A DNA stretch of 64,000 bases, from positions 576,001-640,000 of the forward strand of contig OY970325.1 of NCBI GenBank assembly GCA_963717145.1. The letters run 5' to 3'. This document shows positions 8,543-17,841 of the stretch, piece after piece. The notes under the pieces were generated by a model that ran no database searches, was not told the origin of the DNA, and was given only the letters and a program-made list of their open reading frames with translations. Source of the DNA: an uncultured Armatimonadetes bacterium (GTDB lineage Bacteria; Armatimonadota; UBA5829; DTJY01). The first letter of the stretch is position 1, and each line of letters starts with the position of its first letter. A program made the translations under genes and the position numbers.

Positions 8543-11500
8543 ATGAGAATCGCTTTCCTGCTTCTGATGCTTGCCGCTTCAGCCGCGCAGTGTGCGCTGG
8601 TTGCGCCGTCCATTTCCCTTTCGGGCGAGTGGCGCTTCGACCTCGATCCGAAGAACGTCGGCATCACCGAGCGCTGGTTCGCGAAGGACCTCTCCGACAC
8701 CGTGAAGCTCCCCGGCTCGACGGACACGAACCGGAAGGGCGTCCTGAACACGCGCCCGCCGGACCTCTCACATCCCGCGCGCGTCCATGAGTACACCGGC
8801 GTCGCCTGGTACCAGCGCGACATAACCATAACTGAGGACTGGCCGCTGAACGGCAGGGACAGGGTCGAACTCCTCCTGGAGCGGTGCCACTGGGAGACGC
8901 GGGTCTGGATCGATGACAAGCCGTGCGGGATGCGGGACAGTCTCTGTGTGCCTCACGTCTACGATCTCGGCGCCCTGAAGCCGGGCAAGCACCGACTGAC
9001 CATTCGAGTCGACAACAGCATTAAGTACAACGTCGGCGGCTGGGCACATTCGATCACCGAGGAGACGCAGACCAACTGGAACGGCATAGTCGGCCGGATC
9101 GAGCTTCGAGCAAGGCCGTCTTACCGGATGGACAACGTTCAGGTCTATCCGAACACCGCCGAGAAGACCGTCCGGGTCAGGGCCTTCGTCGCAGGTGAGC
9201 CCCCGATCCGCAACGGCAAGGTCGTGCCGTGTGTGCTCAGCTACCAGATCTACGAACCAGGCGGGAAGGAATCCGGGCTCTGGGATGTGGTCGACGACAG
9301 GATCACCGATCTTACCGGCAAGAAGCCCATCGAGTTCACGGTGCCGATGCCGAAGGGCATCCGCTCCTGGGATGAGTTCTCGCCGAATCTGTACACAGTG
9401 GCGGTTAACATTCATCCTGTCGACGCAACGATGCTCGGGAGCGACGTTCTTCGAACGACCTTCGGCATGCGGGACTTGCGCGTGCAGGATAAGCGCCTCG
9501 TGATGAACGGCCGGAAGATTTTCCTGCGGGGCACCCTCGAATGCTGCATCTTCCCTCTGACCGGCTACCCGCCGACGGATGTGGACTCGTGGCTGCGAAT
9601 CCTGAGGATCTGCAAGTCCTACGGCCTGAACCACATGCGCTTCCATTCATGGTGCCCGCCCGAAGCCGCGTTCGAGGCCGCCGACCGCGAGGGAGTCCTC
9701 CTCCAGGTCGAACTGCCCCAGTGGGTCGGGAACGTCGGACAGGAACCGCCGAGGGACGAGTTCATTCGCGAGGAGATGCTGCGCATTCTCGATACATACG
9801 GTAACCATCCATCCTTCGGGATGCTCTGCATGGGCAACGAACTAGCGGGCGATGCCTCATTCCTTCAGAAGCTCGTCGTCGAGGGCAAGGCATTCGATCC
9901 GCGCCACCTCTACACTCCGTCAACCGCCTGGTCGCTCGGCGCGAACGACGACTATGATGTTGGTCTCCCTCGCGGACTCCACGGACCGACGACAGACGCC
10001 GACTTCGCCGATCAGGACGCCGCGAGCAAGGTCCCCGTCATCTCCCACGAGATCGGGCAGTGGAGCGTCTTCCCCAACATGGCGGAGATTCCGAAGTACA
10101 CCGGCATCACCCGCGCGCGCAACTTCGAGTTGATCCGCGAAGGACTCGCGGAACACGGGCTGCTCGATCAGGCGGCGGATTTCACCCGAGCGTCCGGCAA
10201 GCTCTCCGCCGAATTGTACAAGGAAGAGATCGAGGTGCTCCTCCGCACGCCGGGCCATGGTGGATTCCAGCTCCTCGACCTGCACGATTTCCCCGGCCAG
10301 GGAACCGCCACCGTCGGCATGCTCGACGCCTTCTGGGACTCGAAGGGGCTGATCACGCCTGGGGAGTGGCGCAGGTTCTGCGGGCCCGACGGTTCCGCTC
10401 CTTCGAATGCCGAAGAGGACGTACACGACGGATGAGACCTTCATCGCCGATGCGCAGATTGCGCATTTCGGGCAAAAGGACATCGACGCGGTTCCGGTCT
10501 GGAGCATCCGCGACGAGAAGGGGACGCTGGTGGAATCCGGTTCGCTGCCTGAGAAGGCGCTCCCGACCGGCGACCTCCACGACCTCGGCGCGATCGAGGC
10601 GTCCCTCGCGGATGTGAAGGCTCCCTGCAAGCTGACAGTGACCCTCTCGCTCAGGGGGACCGACATCTCGAATAGTTGGAGCATCTGGGTCTATCCTGCG
10701 AAGGTCGATCTCGACCTTCCCGAGGACGTTCTCGTCACCCGGAACGTGAGCGAGGCGAAGTCCGCGCTCGAAGCCGGGAACACGGTGCTCCTCCTCGCCT
10801 CCAGGGCGAACCTCGTCGATCCCGGCACGGGCAGCCCGACGACCGTCTTCTGGGATCCCGTGCTCTTCGCTCAGCAGAACAACAACGGCATGGGCATCCT
10901 CTGCGACCCGAAGCATCCCGCGCTTGAGGGCTTCCCGACGGCGTTCCATGCGGATTGGCAGTGGTGGGAGCTGCTCGACAGGTCACTGAACATGGTGCTC
11001 GACGGCACGCCGAAGGACTTCCGCCCGGTCGTCCAGGTGATCGATAACTTCATCAAGAACCGCAGGATGGCCAACCTCATCGAGGCGCGAGTGGGGGAGG
11101 GGCGGCTGATCGTCTGCTCGATGAACATCACCGGCCTCGATGAGAGCCGTCTCGCTCCCCGACAGATGCTCGGGAGTATCCTCCGCTACATGGGCTCTCC
11201 AGCATTCCAGCCAAAGCAGACGCTGACGATCGCCGAGATGGACACCTTCCTCGGCCAGAGGAAGTCCTCCGTCCTGAAATCGCTCGGGGCTCAGGTGGTC
11301 TATGCGGACAGCGAAGACGTGTCGAACCCGGCGACAAATGCCATCGACGACGATCCCGATACATGTTGGCATACCCAGTGGCAGGGCACTGCGCCGCCGT
11401 TCCCCCATGAGATTCAGATCGACCTCGGGAAGCCGGTCAATCTGAAGGGGTTCAAGTACCTCCCCAGGCAGGATATGACGAACGGTTGGTTCACCGACTA

Positions 11501-11690
11501 TGAGTTCTACCTCAGCGATGATGGCAAGGAGTGGGGCGCGCCGGTCGCGAAAGGGACGTTCCCCTCTGACAACAGCGAGAAGGTCGTCACGTTGGACAAG
11601 CCCGCCCGCGGACGGTTCATCCGCCTGGTCGCCCTCATGGGTTACAATGGCAATCCCTGGGCCGGCATCGCGGAGTTGGATATGCTGTAG
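8543..11690 (+). pseudogene. GH2-like beta-glycosidase with C-terminal F5/8 domain, split by a 1-nt frameshift near 10385 (real lesion or sequencing error)
   Basis: ORF 8543-10435 (signal peptide, LSGEWRF, MRFHSWCPP, NHPSFGMLCMGNEL) and ORF 10407-11690 join into ...WRRFCGPTVPLLRMPKRTY... if one base is removed from tgcgggcccgacg. Confidence 0.8.
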
Positions 11691-11744
11691 TGGGGAGTAT
11701 TCCGTGTGCGAAATGGGTAGCCTTCATGTCGAGGAGGAATGCAC

Positions 11745-12029
11745 ATGCCACAACTACTCGTACGACACAAGATCGCGGACTACGCGAAGTGGAAGGTCGC
11801 TTTCGATGCCCACGCCCCGGTGCAGAAGTCGATTGGGATCACCGGCGGCCGTCTCTTCCACAGTGCAGATGATGCTTCGGAGATCGTGATTCTCTTCGAG
11901 ATCCAGGATGTCGAGCGCGCACGGAAGTTTACGCAGTCCCAGGAACTGAAGGAAACGATGGAGCGTGCCGGGGTGGTCGACATGCCCGATATATACTTCC
12001 TCGAGGAGATCGGCGAGGTCAAGGTCTGA
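11745..12029 (+). CDS. Small dimeric alpha+beta barrel (ABM/'cyclase'-like) protein
   Basis: MPQLLVRHKIADYAKWKVAFD...LKETMERAGVVDMP; SD GAGGAGG 7 nt before ATG 11745. Confidence 0.7.
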   Translation: MPQLLVRHKIADYAKWKVAFDAHAPVQKSIGITGGRLFHSADDASEIVILFEIQDVERARKFTQSQELKETMERAGVVDMPDIYFLEEIGEVKV

Positions 12030-12053
12030 GCCCTCCAAGATCGCCACCGCGCG

Positions 12054-12082
12054 TTGCATCCCCACTTGCCTTGTGGTAGAAT
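12054..12082 (+). promoter_or_regulatory. Sigma70-type promoter of the GlmL-like gene
   Basis: TTGCAT-17 nt-TAGAAT with TGTGG extension. Confidence 0.65.
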
Positions 12083-12124
12083 GACCCGACACGGGCGCGC
12101 CGTATCACGGAGCGCCCGGTTTGG

Positions 12125-12192
12125 CACTCCAGCATTCCAACACTCCGGTACTCCTTTCGAGTAGGAGTATGAGTAGGAGTATGAGTATGAGT
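12125..12192. repeat. Octamer/hexamer microsatellite in the 5' UTR
   Basis: cactccag cattccaa cactccgg tactcc followed by gagtag gagtat gagtag gagtat gagtat gagt; supplies the AGGAG SD and the ATG. Confidence 0.7.
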
Positions 12193-13971
12193 GAGATTCG
12201 ATCCATTCTGGCGACGGACTGCGGAAGCACCACGACCAAGGCGATCCTCATCGAGAAGCAGGGCGACGAGTACCGCCTCGTGGTCCGGGGCGAAGCGCCC
12301 ACGACCGTCGAAGCGCCGTTCGATGACGTGACCGTCGGCGTGCTCAACGCCACACGCGAGGTCGAGGAACTTGCGGGCCGTCCGATCCTCAAGCCCGACG
12401 GTACGGGCGTCAAGATCCCGCGTGAGGGCGATGTCGGCGTCGATCTGTATCTCTCGACCTCCAGCGCGGGCGGCGGACTGCAGATGACGGTTGCCGGCGT
12501 CGTCAAGACCATGAGCGCCGAGAGCGCCGAACGAGCCGCACTCGGCGCCGGCGCGATCATCATCGACGTGATCGCGGTCGACGATGGCCGCAAGGAATAC
12601 GAGAAGGTCCAGCGAATCCGAGAGCTTCGGCCCGACATGATCCTGATGTCCGGCGGGACGGACGGCGGCACGGTCACGCACCTCGTCGAGATCGGCGAGA
12701 TGCTCCTCTCGGCGGATCCGCGCCCAAGGCTCGGCATCGGCGTCAAGCTCCCGGTGATCTACGCCGGCAACAAGGAAGCGGCGGCGGCGGTCGACGAGAT
12801 CATTAAGGACATGGTTGACCTCAAGGTCGTCGACAACCTGCGACCGACCCTCGACCGCGAGAATCTCTCGCCGGCGCGCGAGGCGATCCACGAGCTGTTC
12901 CTTCAGCACGTCATGCAGCAGGCGCCGGGCTACGGCAAGCTGATGACCTGGACCAGCGCCGGCATCATGTCCACGCCGAACGCGGTCGGCAAGATCATCG
13001 AGACGATCGCCGACCAGGAGAAGATCAACGTGCTGGCGGTCGATATCGGCGGCGCGACGACCGACGTCTTCTCGGTCTTCGGCGGGATGTTCACCCGCAC
13101 CGTCAGCGCGAACCTGGGGATGAGCTACTCGATCTGCAACGTTCTGGCCGAGGCGAAGATCGGCAACATCATGCGCTGGATGCCGTTCGAGGCCGACGAG
13201 GGCTACGTCCGCAACGAACTGCGCAACAAGATGATCCGCCCGACGACGATCCCGCAGACGTTGAAGGACCTCTACATCGAGCAGGCGGTTGCCCGCGAGG
13301 CGCTGCGGCTCGCGTTCGAGCACCACAAGTCGCTGGCCCGCGAGCTGAAGGGCGTACAGCAGGACAGGCTCATCGGCGAAGCCATCAGCCAGGAAGCGAG
13401 CGGAAAGACACTCGTTCACCTGATGGACCTCGACATGATCGTCGGGAGCGGCGGCGTGCTCAGCCATGCGCCGATGCGGGAGCAGAGCGCGCTCATGATG
13501 CTCGATGCGTATCAGCCCGAGGGCGTGACGATGCTGGCGGTCGACTCGATCTTCATGATGCCGCAGCTCGGCGTTCTCTCGGAGCACATGCCCGAGGCCG
13601 CGCTCCAGGTGTTCCGCCGCGACTGCCTCATCAAGCTCGGAACGGCGATCTCGCCCGTCGGACTGTGCAGGGAGGGCCTCCCAGGATGCACTCTTCGGAT
13701 CGATGGGGAGGAGATCGAGATCCCCGGCGGAACAATCCGCGTCTTCCCGCTCGGCCCGGGTGAGAAGAAGGAGATCGAGGTGACGCCCTACAAGGCCTGC
13801 GACCTCGGTCAGGGCCGCGGTCGGACGCGGAAGATGGAGGTCGAGGGCGGGGTCGTCGGGCTGATGATCGATACCCGTGGCCGCCCACTCCAGCTTCCAT
13901 CTGATCCGAAGGACCGGGTGAGGAAGCTCAGGGAATGGTTCGCGGCCTTCGGCCTTCGGATGCCTGACTAG
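12187..13971 (+). CDS. GlmL/MutL-like (glutamate mutase L family) ASKHA-fold ATPase
   Basis: ILATDCGSTTTK, EAPTTVE, STSSAGGGL, AERAALGAGA, LMSGGTDGG, VDIGGATTDVFS, RTVSANLGM; start chosen from the SD AGGAG. Confidence 0.85.
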   Translation: MSEIRSILATDCGSTTTKAILIEKQGDEYRLVVRGEAPTTVEAPFDDVTVGVLNATREVEELAGRPILKPDGTGVKIPREGDVGVDLYLSTSSAGGGLQMTVAGVVKTMSAESAERAALGAGAIIIDVIAVDDGRKEYEKVQRIRELRPDMILMSGGTDGGTVTHLVEIGEMLLSADPRPRLGIGVKLPVIYAGNKEAAAAVDEIIKDMVDLKVVDNLRPTLDRENLSPAREAIHELFLQHVMQQAPGYGKLMTWTSAGIMSTPNAVGKIIETIADQEKINVLAVDIGGATTDVFSVFGGMFTRTVSANLGMSYSICNVLAEAKIGNIMRWMPFEADEGYVRNELRNKMIRPTTIPQTLKDLYIEQAVAREALRLAFEHHKSLARELKGVQQDRLIGEAISQEASGKTLVHLMDLDMIVGSGGVLSHAPMREQSALMMLDAYQPEGVTMLAVDSIFMMPQLGVLSEHMPEAALQVFRRDCLIKLGTAISPVGLCREGLPGCTLRIDGEEIEIPGGTIRVFPLGPGEKKEIEVTPYKACDLGQGRGRTRKMEVEGGVVGLMIDTRGRPLQLPSDPKDRVRKLREWFAAFGLRMPD

Positions 13972-13979
13972 GCCGGGAC

Positions 13980-14038
13980 TGTCATTCTGAGCGTAGCGAA
14001 GAATCCGGCTCAGATTCTTCGCTACGCTCAGAATGACA
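13980..14038. repeat. Palindromic element, family B (TGTCATTCTGAGCGnAGCGAAGAATC)
   Basis: 26-bp perfect arms, 7-nt loop; second copy at 43860-43933; half copy near 22025-22038. Confidence 0.9.
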
Positions 14039-14046
14039 ATGAAACT

Positions 14047-14092
14047 GTCGGTTTGTGTTGGTATACGTCGGTTTGTGTGGTATAATGTCGGT
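14047..14092 (+). promoter_or_regulatory. TA-operon promoter overlapped by 20-bp-period direct repeats (putative operator)
   Basis: GTCGGTTTGTGTTGGTATAC / GTCGGTTTGTGTGGTATAAT / GTCGGT; TTGGTA-17 nt-TATAAT. Confidence 0.7.
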
Positions 14093-14105
14093 GGAGGCGA
14101 TGAAT

Positions 14106-14504
14106 ATGTCAAGAACACTGACCGTTCAGGAAGTCGCGGAGAGGCTGCGGGTAAAGCCGATCACCGTGCGGGAGTACCTGCGCAAGGGGAAGATACCTGG
14201 GCAAAGGATTGGTAGATCGTGGCTCGTCATCGAGGCTGATCTCGACAGGATCCTGAGTCCCTCGTTCCAGGAGAGCGAGGCGAGACGGCTGGAGGCCATC
14301 AGGGCACACGAAGAGTGGCGCTCTCTCAGCCCCGAGGAGAGAGGACGCAGGATCGACGCCATCAAGGGGAAGTACCGAGGTTGCCTCAGCTCCGTAGACG
14401 ATTTCATGCGTGAGAAGCATGAGGAAGTCGAGGAGGAGGAGCGTCGCTGGGAGGAGCGGAACAGAGCGCGTCTGGAGCAGAAGCAGGAGAACGATGCCGC
14501 ATGA
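14106..14504 (+). CDS. Excisionase-type HTH (HTH_17) protein, putative antitoxin
   Basis: LTVQEVAERLRVKPITVREYLRKGKIPGQRIGRSW; acidic tail SSVDDFMREKHEEVEEEE; overlaps the PIN gene by 4 nt; SD GGAGG. Confidence 0.75.
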   Translation: MSRTLTVQEVAERLRVKPITVREYLRKGKIPGQRIGRSWLVIEADLDRILSPSFQESEARRLEAIRAHEEWRSLSPEERGRRIDAIKGKYRGCLSSVDDFMREKHEEVEEEERRWEERNRARLEQKQENDAA

Positions 14505-14899
14505 CCCTGGTTCTCGACGCCAATGCTCTGATAGCTTTGCTGAACGATGAGCCTGGCGCCCTTTTGGTGCGCGATCTGCTGCGCGCGGAATCGTGCCATA
14601 TCCATGCCATCAACTTGTGTGAGGTCTACTACGATTTCCTGCGAGTGGACGGTCCTGCTGGCGCGGAACAGATGCTCGCGGACGTAGTGCAGTTGCAGGT
14701 CACTGTCCATGAAGACATGGACTCGGAGTTCTGGCAGCAGGTTGGCCGCTACAAAGCAGACCTTCGCCGAATCTCGCTCGCGGACTGCTTCTGCCTGACT
14801 CTGGCAAACAGGCTCGGGGCAGAGGTAGTCACCTCCGATCACCATGAGTTCGATACCGTAGAGAGCAAAGGGCTCTGTGCAGTGAGGTTCATACGCTGA
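14501..14899 (+). CDS. vapC: PIN-domain toxin (VapC family)
   Basis: LVLDANALIA, INLCEVYY, ISLADCFCL, VVTSDHHEF acidic PIN motifs. Confidence 0.88.
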   Translation: MTLVLDANALIALLNDEPGALLVRDLLRAESCHIHAINLCEVYYDFLRVDGPAGAEQMLADVVQLQVTVHEDMDSEFWQQVGRYKADLRRISLADCFCLTLANRLGAEVVTSDHHEFDTVESKGLCAVRFIR

Positions 14900-16018
14900 A
14901 TGGGAACAGCATACACACCGGGGCTCAAAGTGAGCCCGAGAACAACGATACGAAAGACGAGGCGACTTCCCCTCAAGGGCCAGGTCGTCGTCAACGTCGG
15001 CGACAGGGTCGTCCCGGACGCCGTCGTCGCGCGGACCGAGCTGCCGGGGATCATGCAGACGCTCAGGGTCGCGGAGTTCCTCGGCCTCGAGCCCGGCGAT
15101 GTTGCCAAGGTCCTGAGGATCAAAGAGGGCGACAAGGTCGAGACGAGCGATGTGATCGCCGAGACGCGAGCGTTCTTCGGCCTCATGCGTAACGAGTTGA
15201 AGTGCCCGATTTCGGGGACGGTCGAGCTGATCTCCCCGGTCTCCGGCCACGTCGGCATCCGACAGAAGCCGCTGCCGGTCGAGGTGACCGCCTACATCCC
15301 CGGTCAGGTCGTGGACACAATCCCCGAGGAAGGCGTCGTCATCGAGACGATCGGCGCATTCATCCAGGGCATCTTCGGGGTCGGCGGCGAGAAGACCGGT
15401 GAGATCAAGGTGATCGTCGAGCGGCCCGATCAGACGGTGGATGCCGATCAGATCACCGAGGAGATGGCCGGCAAGATCATCGTCACCGGCGCGAATATCA
15501 CCGGCGCGGGACTGAAGAAGGCGTCGAGCATTGGGGTCGCGGGCGTCGTGACCGGCGGGATCATCGACCTCGATCTGATCGACTTCCTCGGCTACGACAT
15601 CGGCGTGGCGATCACCGGCCAGGAGAACATCCCGACCACGCTCATCGTCACCGAGGGATTCGGCGTGATGACGATGGCCAACCGCACATTCGACCTCCTG
15701 AAGTTGCTTGAGGGACGCCAGGCATCGATCAACGGTGCGACCCAGATCCGCGCGGGGGTCATCCGGCCCGAGATCATCGTCCCGGCGACCTCCGACGCCG
15801 AGAACGCGCCCGCCGACGCCGAGCAGGTGCTCGATATCGGCACGAGGCTGCGCATCATCCGCGAGCCCTACTTCGGTATCCTCGGGCACGTGACCGCGCT
15901 CCCGCCGGAACTCGTCGTCATCGAGTCCGGCGCGAAGGTCCGCACCCTGGAAGCCCAACTGGATGACGGCCGGACTGTAACGGTCCCAAGGGCGAATGTG
16001 GAGATCATCCAGGAGTAG
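14900..16018 (+). CDS. Conserved hypothetical protein with barrel-sandwich-hybrid-like N-terminus and KOW/SH3-like C-terminus; probable partner of the GlmL-like protein
   Basis: MGTAYTPGLKV..RRLPLKGQVVVNVGDRV, CPISGTVE, IQGIFGVGGE, LIVTEGFG, RIIREPYFG, VTVPRANVE; host-like codon usage. Confidence 0.7.
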   Translation: MGTAYTPGLKVSPRTTIRKTRRLPLKGQVVVNVGDRVVPDAVVARTELPGIMQTLRVAEFLGLEPGDVAKVLRIKEGDKVETSDVIAETRAFFGLMRNELKCPISGTVELISPVSGHVGIRQKPLPVEVTAYIPGQVVDTIPEEGVVIETIGAFIQGIFGVGGEKTGEIKVIVERPDQTVDADQITEEMAGKIIVTGANITGAGLKKASSIGVAGVVTGGIIDLDLIDFLGYDIGVAITGQENIPTTLIVTEGFGVMTMANRTFDLLKLLEGRQASINGATQIRAGVIRPEIIVPATSDAENAPADAEQVLDIGTRLRIIREPYFGILGHVTALPPELVVIESGAKVRTLEAQLDDGRTVTVPRANVEIIQE

Positions 16019-16087
16019 GCTGCAGACTACAGGAAACGGATTCCTGCATCCCCCGGGCACTCCTACTCGTGAATCAGGCATCAGAAA

Positions 16088-16948
16088 GTGAGGCATCCCG
16101 TGGAAGAGAACACTCAACCTGACGGCACTCGCTCCACTTTACTGCCAGGCTGGCGCTGGCGGCTGATCATCGTCATTGTGGCCTATTGTGTGTTCTACAC
16201 AGTCTCGTTCTCAGCCAAGACTGGGCCGCAGCAACTGAGAATGGTCTTGGTGATCGTGTGCCTGGCTACCGCAGCTTTCGTCACGGCTTACCGACCCCAC
16301 ACAGCCATTCGTACTGCTCGGGTGGCCTCGTACCGTATAGCCGTTCTCGGGCACTTCGGCCTGCTAGTCATCCCTACCGCCTATCTGACAGGGGTGTACG
16401 ACCTTCCTGCCGAGGATCGGTATGCGGCGATGCTCACTCCCACCTATATCGTGCCTTGCGCGCTGTTTCTCGCCGCATATGCGCTCGCTTGGCCTCTAGC
16501 AGAGTCGTTCTATCGCCGCAATCACCCCGACACTGCCACCATCCCAGCGACACCAGAAGACTTGGAAGAATGGCAGACATCCCCGTCGGAACGGCGCTCG
16601 ATGGTGCGCGTGTTTCTACTCGTTTCCCTCGTCTTTGCACCCACGTTTGTTGCCAGTTGGCTGTGGCCTGGGCACTCAACGCTGATCATGCTGGCCAACA
16701 TGGCGCTGGTGGGTTGCGCGTTCTCGTTCTGGGCAGGCTACCGCTGGCGCGAGATCGACACCCGGATGAGGAGATTCTGGCTGGTGATGGTTTGCGTCGG
16801 ACCGCCGGCGGGGTTCGTCGGATACGTCGAGCACGGTGGGGTACCGGGGGCGCTCGTGTTCGCGGCGGAGATCGCTGCCGTCATGATCGTCCCCGGGATC
16901 GCTGGATGGTTTCTCGCAAGGCATCGGGGTACGGTGACCGAAGGTTGA
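16088..16948 (+). CDS. Hypothetical multi-pass membrane protein
   Basis: About 8 hydrophobic segments in two blocks; GTG start uncertain. Confidence 0.55.
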   Translation: MRHPVEENTQPDGTRSTLLPGWRWRLIIVIVAYCVFYTVSFSAKTGPQQLRMVLVIVCLATAAFVTAYRPHTAIRTARVASYRIAVLGHFGLLVIPTAYLTGVYDLPAEDRYAAMLTPTYIVPCALFLAAYALAWPLAESFYRRNHPDTATIPATPEDLEEWQTSPSERRSMVRVFLLVSLVFAPTFVASWLWPGHSTLIMLANMALVGCAFSFWAGYRWREIDTRMRRFWLVMVCVGPPAGFVGYVEHGGVPGALVFAAEIAAVMIVPGIAGWFLARHRGTVTEG

Positions 16949-16972
16949 GGTCGCAGGCTTCATATCTCCGGC

Positions 16973-17803
16973 TCATCCGGCCAGTTCATGAGCCACAAAG
17001 GCGCACATCCGCTCGAAGACTTCGGTTGGGAGTTCCTCGCCCGTCATCGCAGCAAGGTGCAGTGCATCGGCGAGCATGCGATCCATGGCAGCACGCACTG
17101 TGCTGTCCATCGCGGTCAGGCTGCTGAAGTCGAGACTGGGGAGAAGAGCGGCTCGGTCATCGGCGGAGATCAGGCCATCCAGTTTCACGTATTCCGGGGT
17201 CGAGAGCTTCGGTCGGCGGGCGGCGTCTCCGGTCATGCGAGCGTACATGAGGGCAAGCTGCCAGTCCACGCCGGCGGCGGCGAACCGGTAGCAGGTCATG
17301 GTCTGTCCACGCTTACGCGCCTTCACGTAGCGTAGGAAGCCGATATACTTGTCGAGCATGAAGTGCCCCAGCGAACCCTCCTGCGGGACATAACCGCGAC
17401 ATTCCCTTGCGTCGCATATCTCAGACCCAGGCACGTCGACCAGGAGGATGGTCTGTTCAGCGGGGATCGTGCGGTCGGCGGCGGAGACATCAGTCAGTCC
17501 CAGATCGAGCTTGTGGTGATAGCCCTCCTCGCGGAACACGATCGTCGGATTCCACTCGTCCGGGCGCAGGTTGATCGCCCAGCAGAACTCGATCGGCCCG
17601 ATCTGCTCCAGCATACCGAGGAGCGCTGTCTTTGCTCCTGGCAGATCGTCCGTCTCGACTATGAGATCGATGTCGGAGTATCCATCCGCGCGTCCCTCGG
17701 CCATCGAGCCGAAGAGGGAGAGCGTTCGGAAGCCCGGCAGTCCGGGGAGGACCTCCTTCAGCGCGTCAAGCATTTGTCCGAGTCTCTCCCAATCCTTCAT
17801 CAT
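16973..17803 (-). CDS. Pol-beta superfamily nucleotidyltransferase (resembles lincosamide/aminoglycoside nucleotidyltransferases)
   Basis: LFGSMAEGRADGYSDIDL (GS-x8-DxD motif); helical C-terminal domain. Confidence 0.7.
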   Translation of the reverse strand: MMKDWERLGQMLDALKEVLPGLPGFRTLSLFGSMAEGRADGYSDIDLIVETDDLPGAKTALLGMLEQIGPIEFCWAINLRPDEWNPTIVFREEGYHHKLDLGLTDVSAADRTIPAEQTILLVDVPGSEICDARECRGYVPQEGSLGHFMLDKYIGFLRYVKARKRGQTMTCYRFAAAGVDWQLALMYARMTGDAARRPKLSTPEYVKLDGLISADDRAALLPSLDFSSLTAMDSTVRAAMDRMLADALHLAAMTGEELPTEVFERMCAFVAHELAG

Positions 17804-17810
17804 GCCTTTT

Positions 17811-17837
17811 CTTGGCGTCTTTGGCGTCTTGGCGGTT
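17811..17837. repeat. Short TTGGCGTC tandem repeat
   Basis: cttggcgtc tttggcgtc ttggcggtt in a 38-nt intergenic gap. Confidence 0.6.
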
Positions 17838-17841
17838 GACG

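Noticed and set aside
12187-13971. DNA mismatch repair MutL
   Set aside because: Name coincidence; the motifs are ASKHA/GlmL type, not GHKL
14106-14300. Prophage excisionase
   Set aside because: No integrase or phage genes; overlaps a PIN gene, so an antitoxin role fits better
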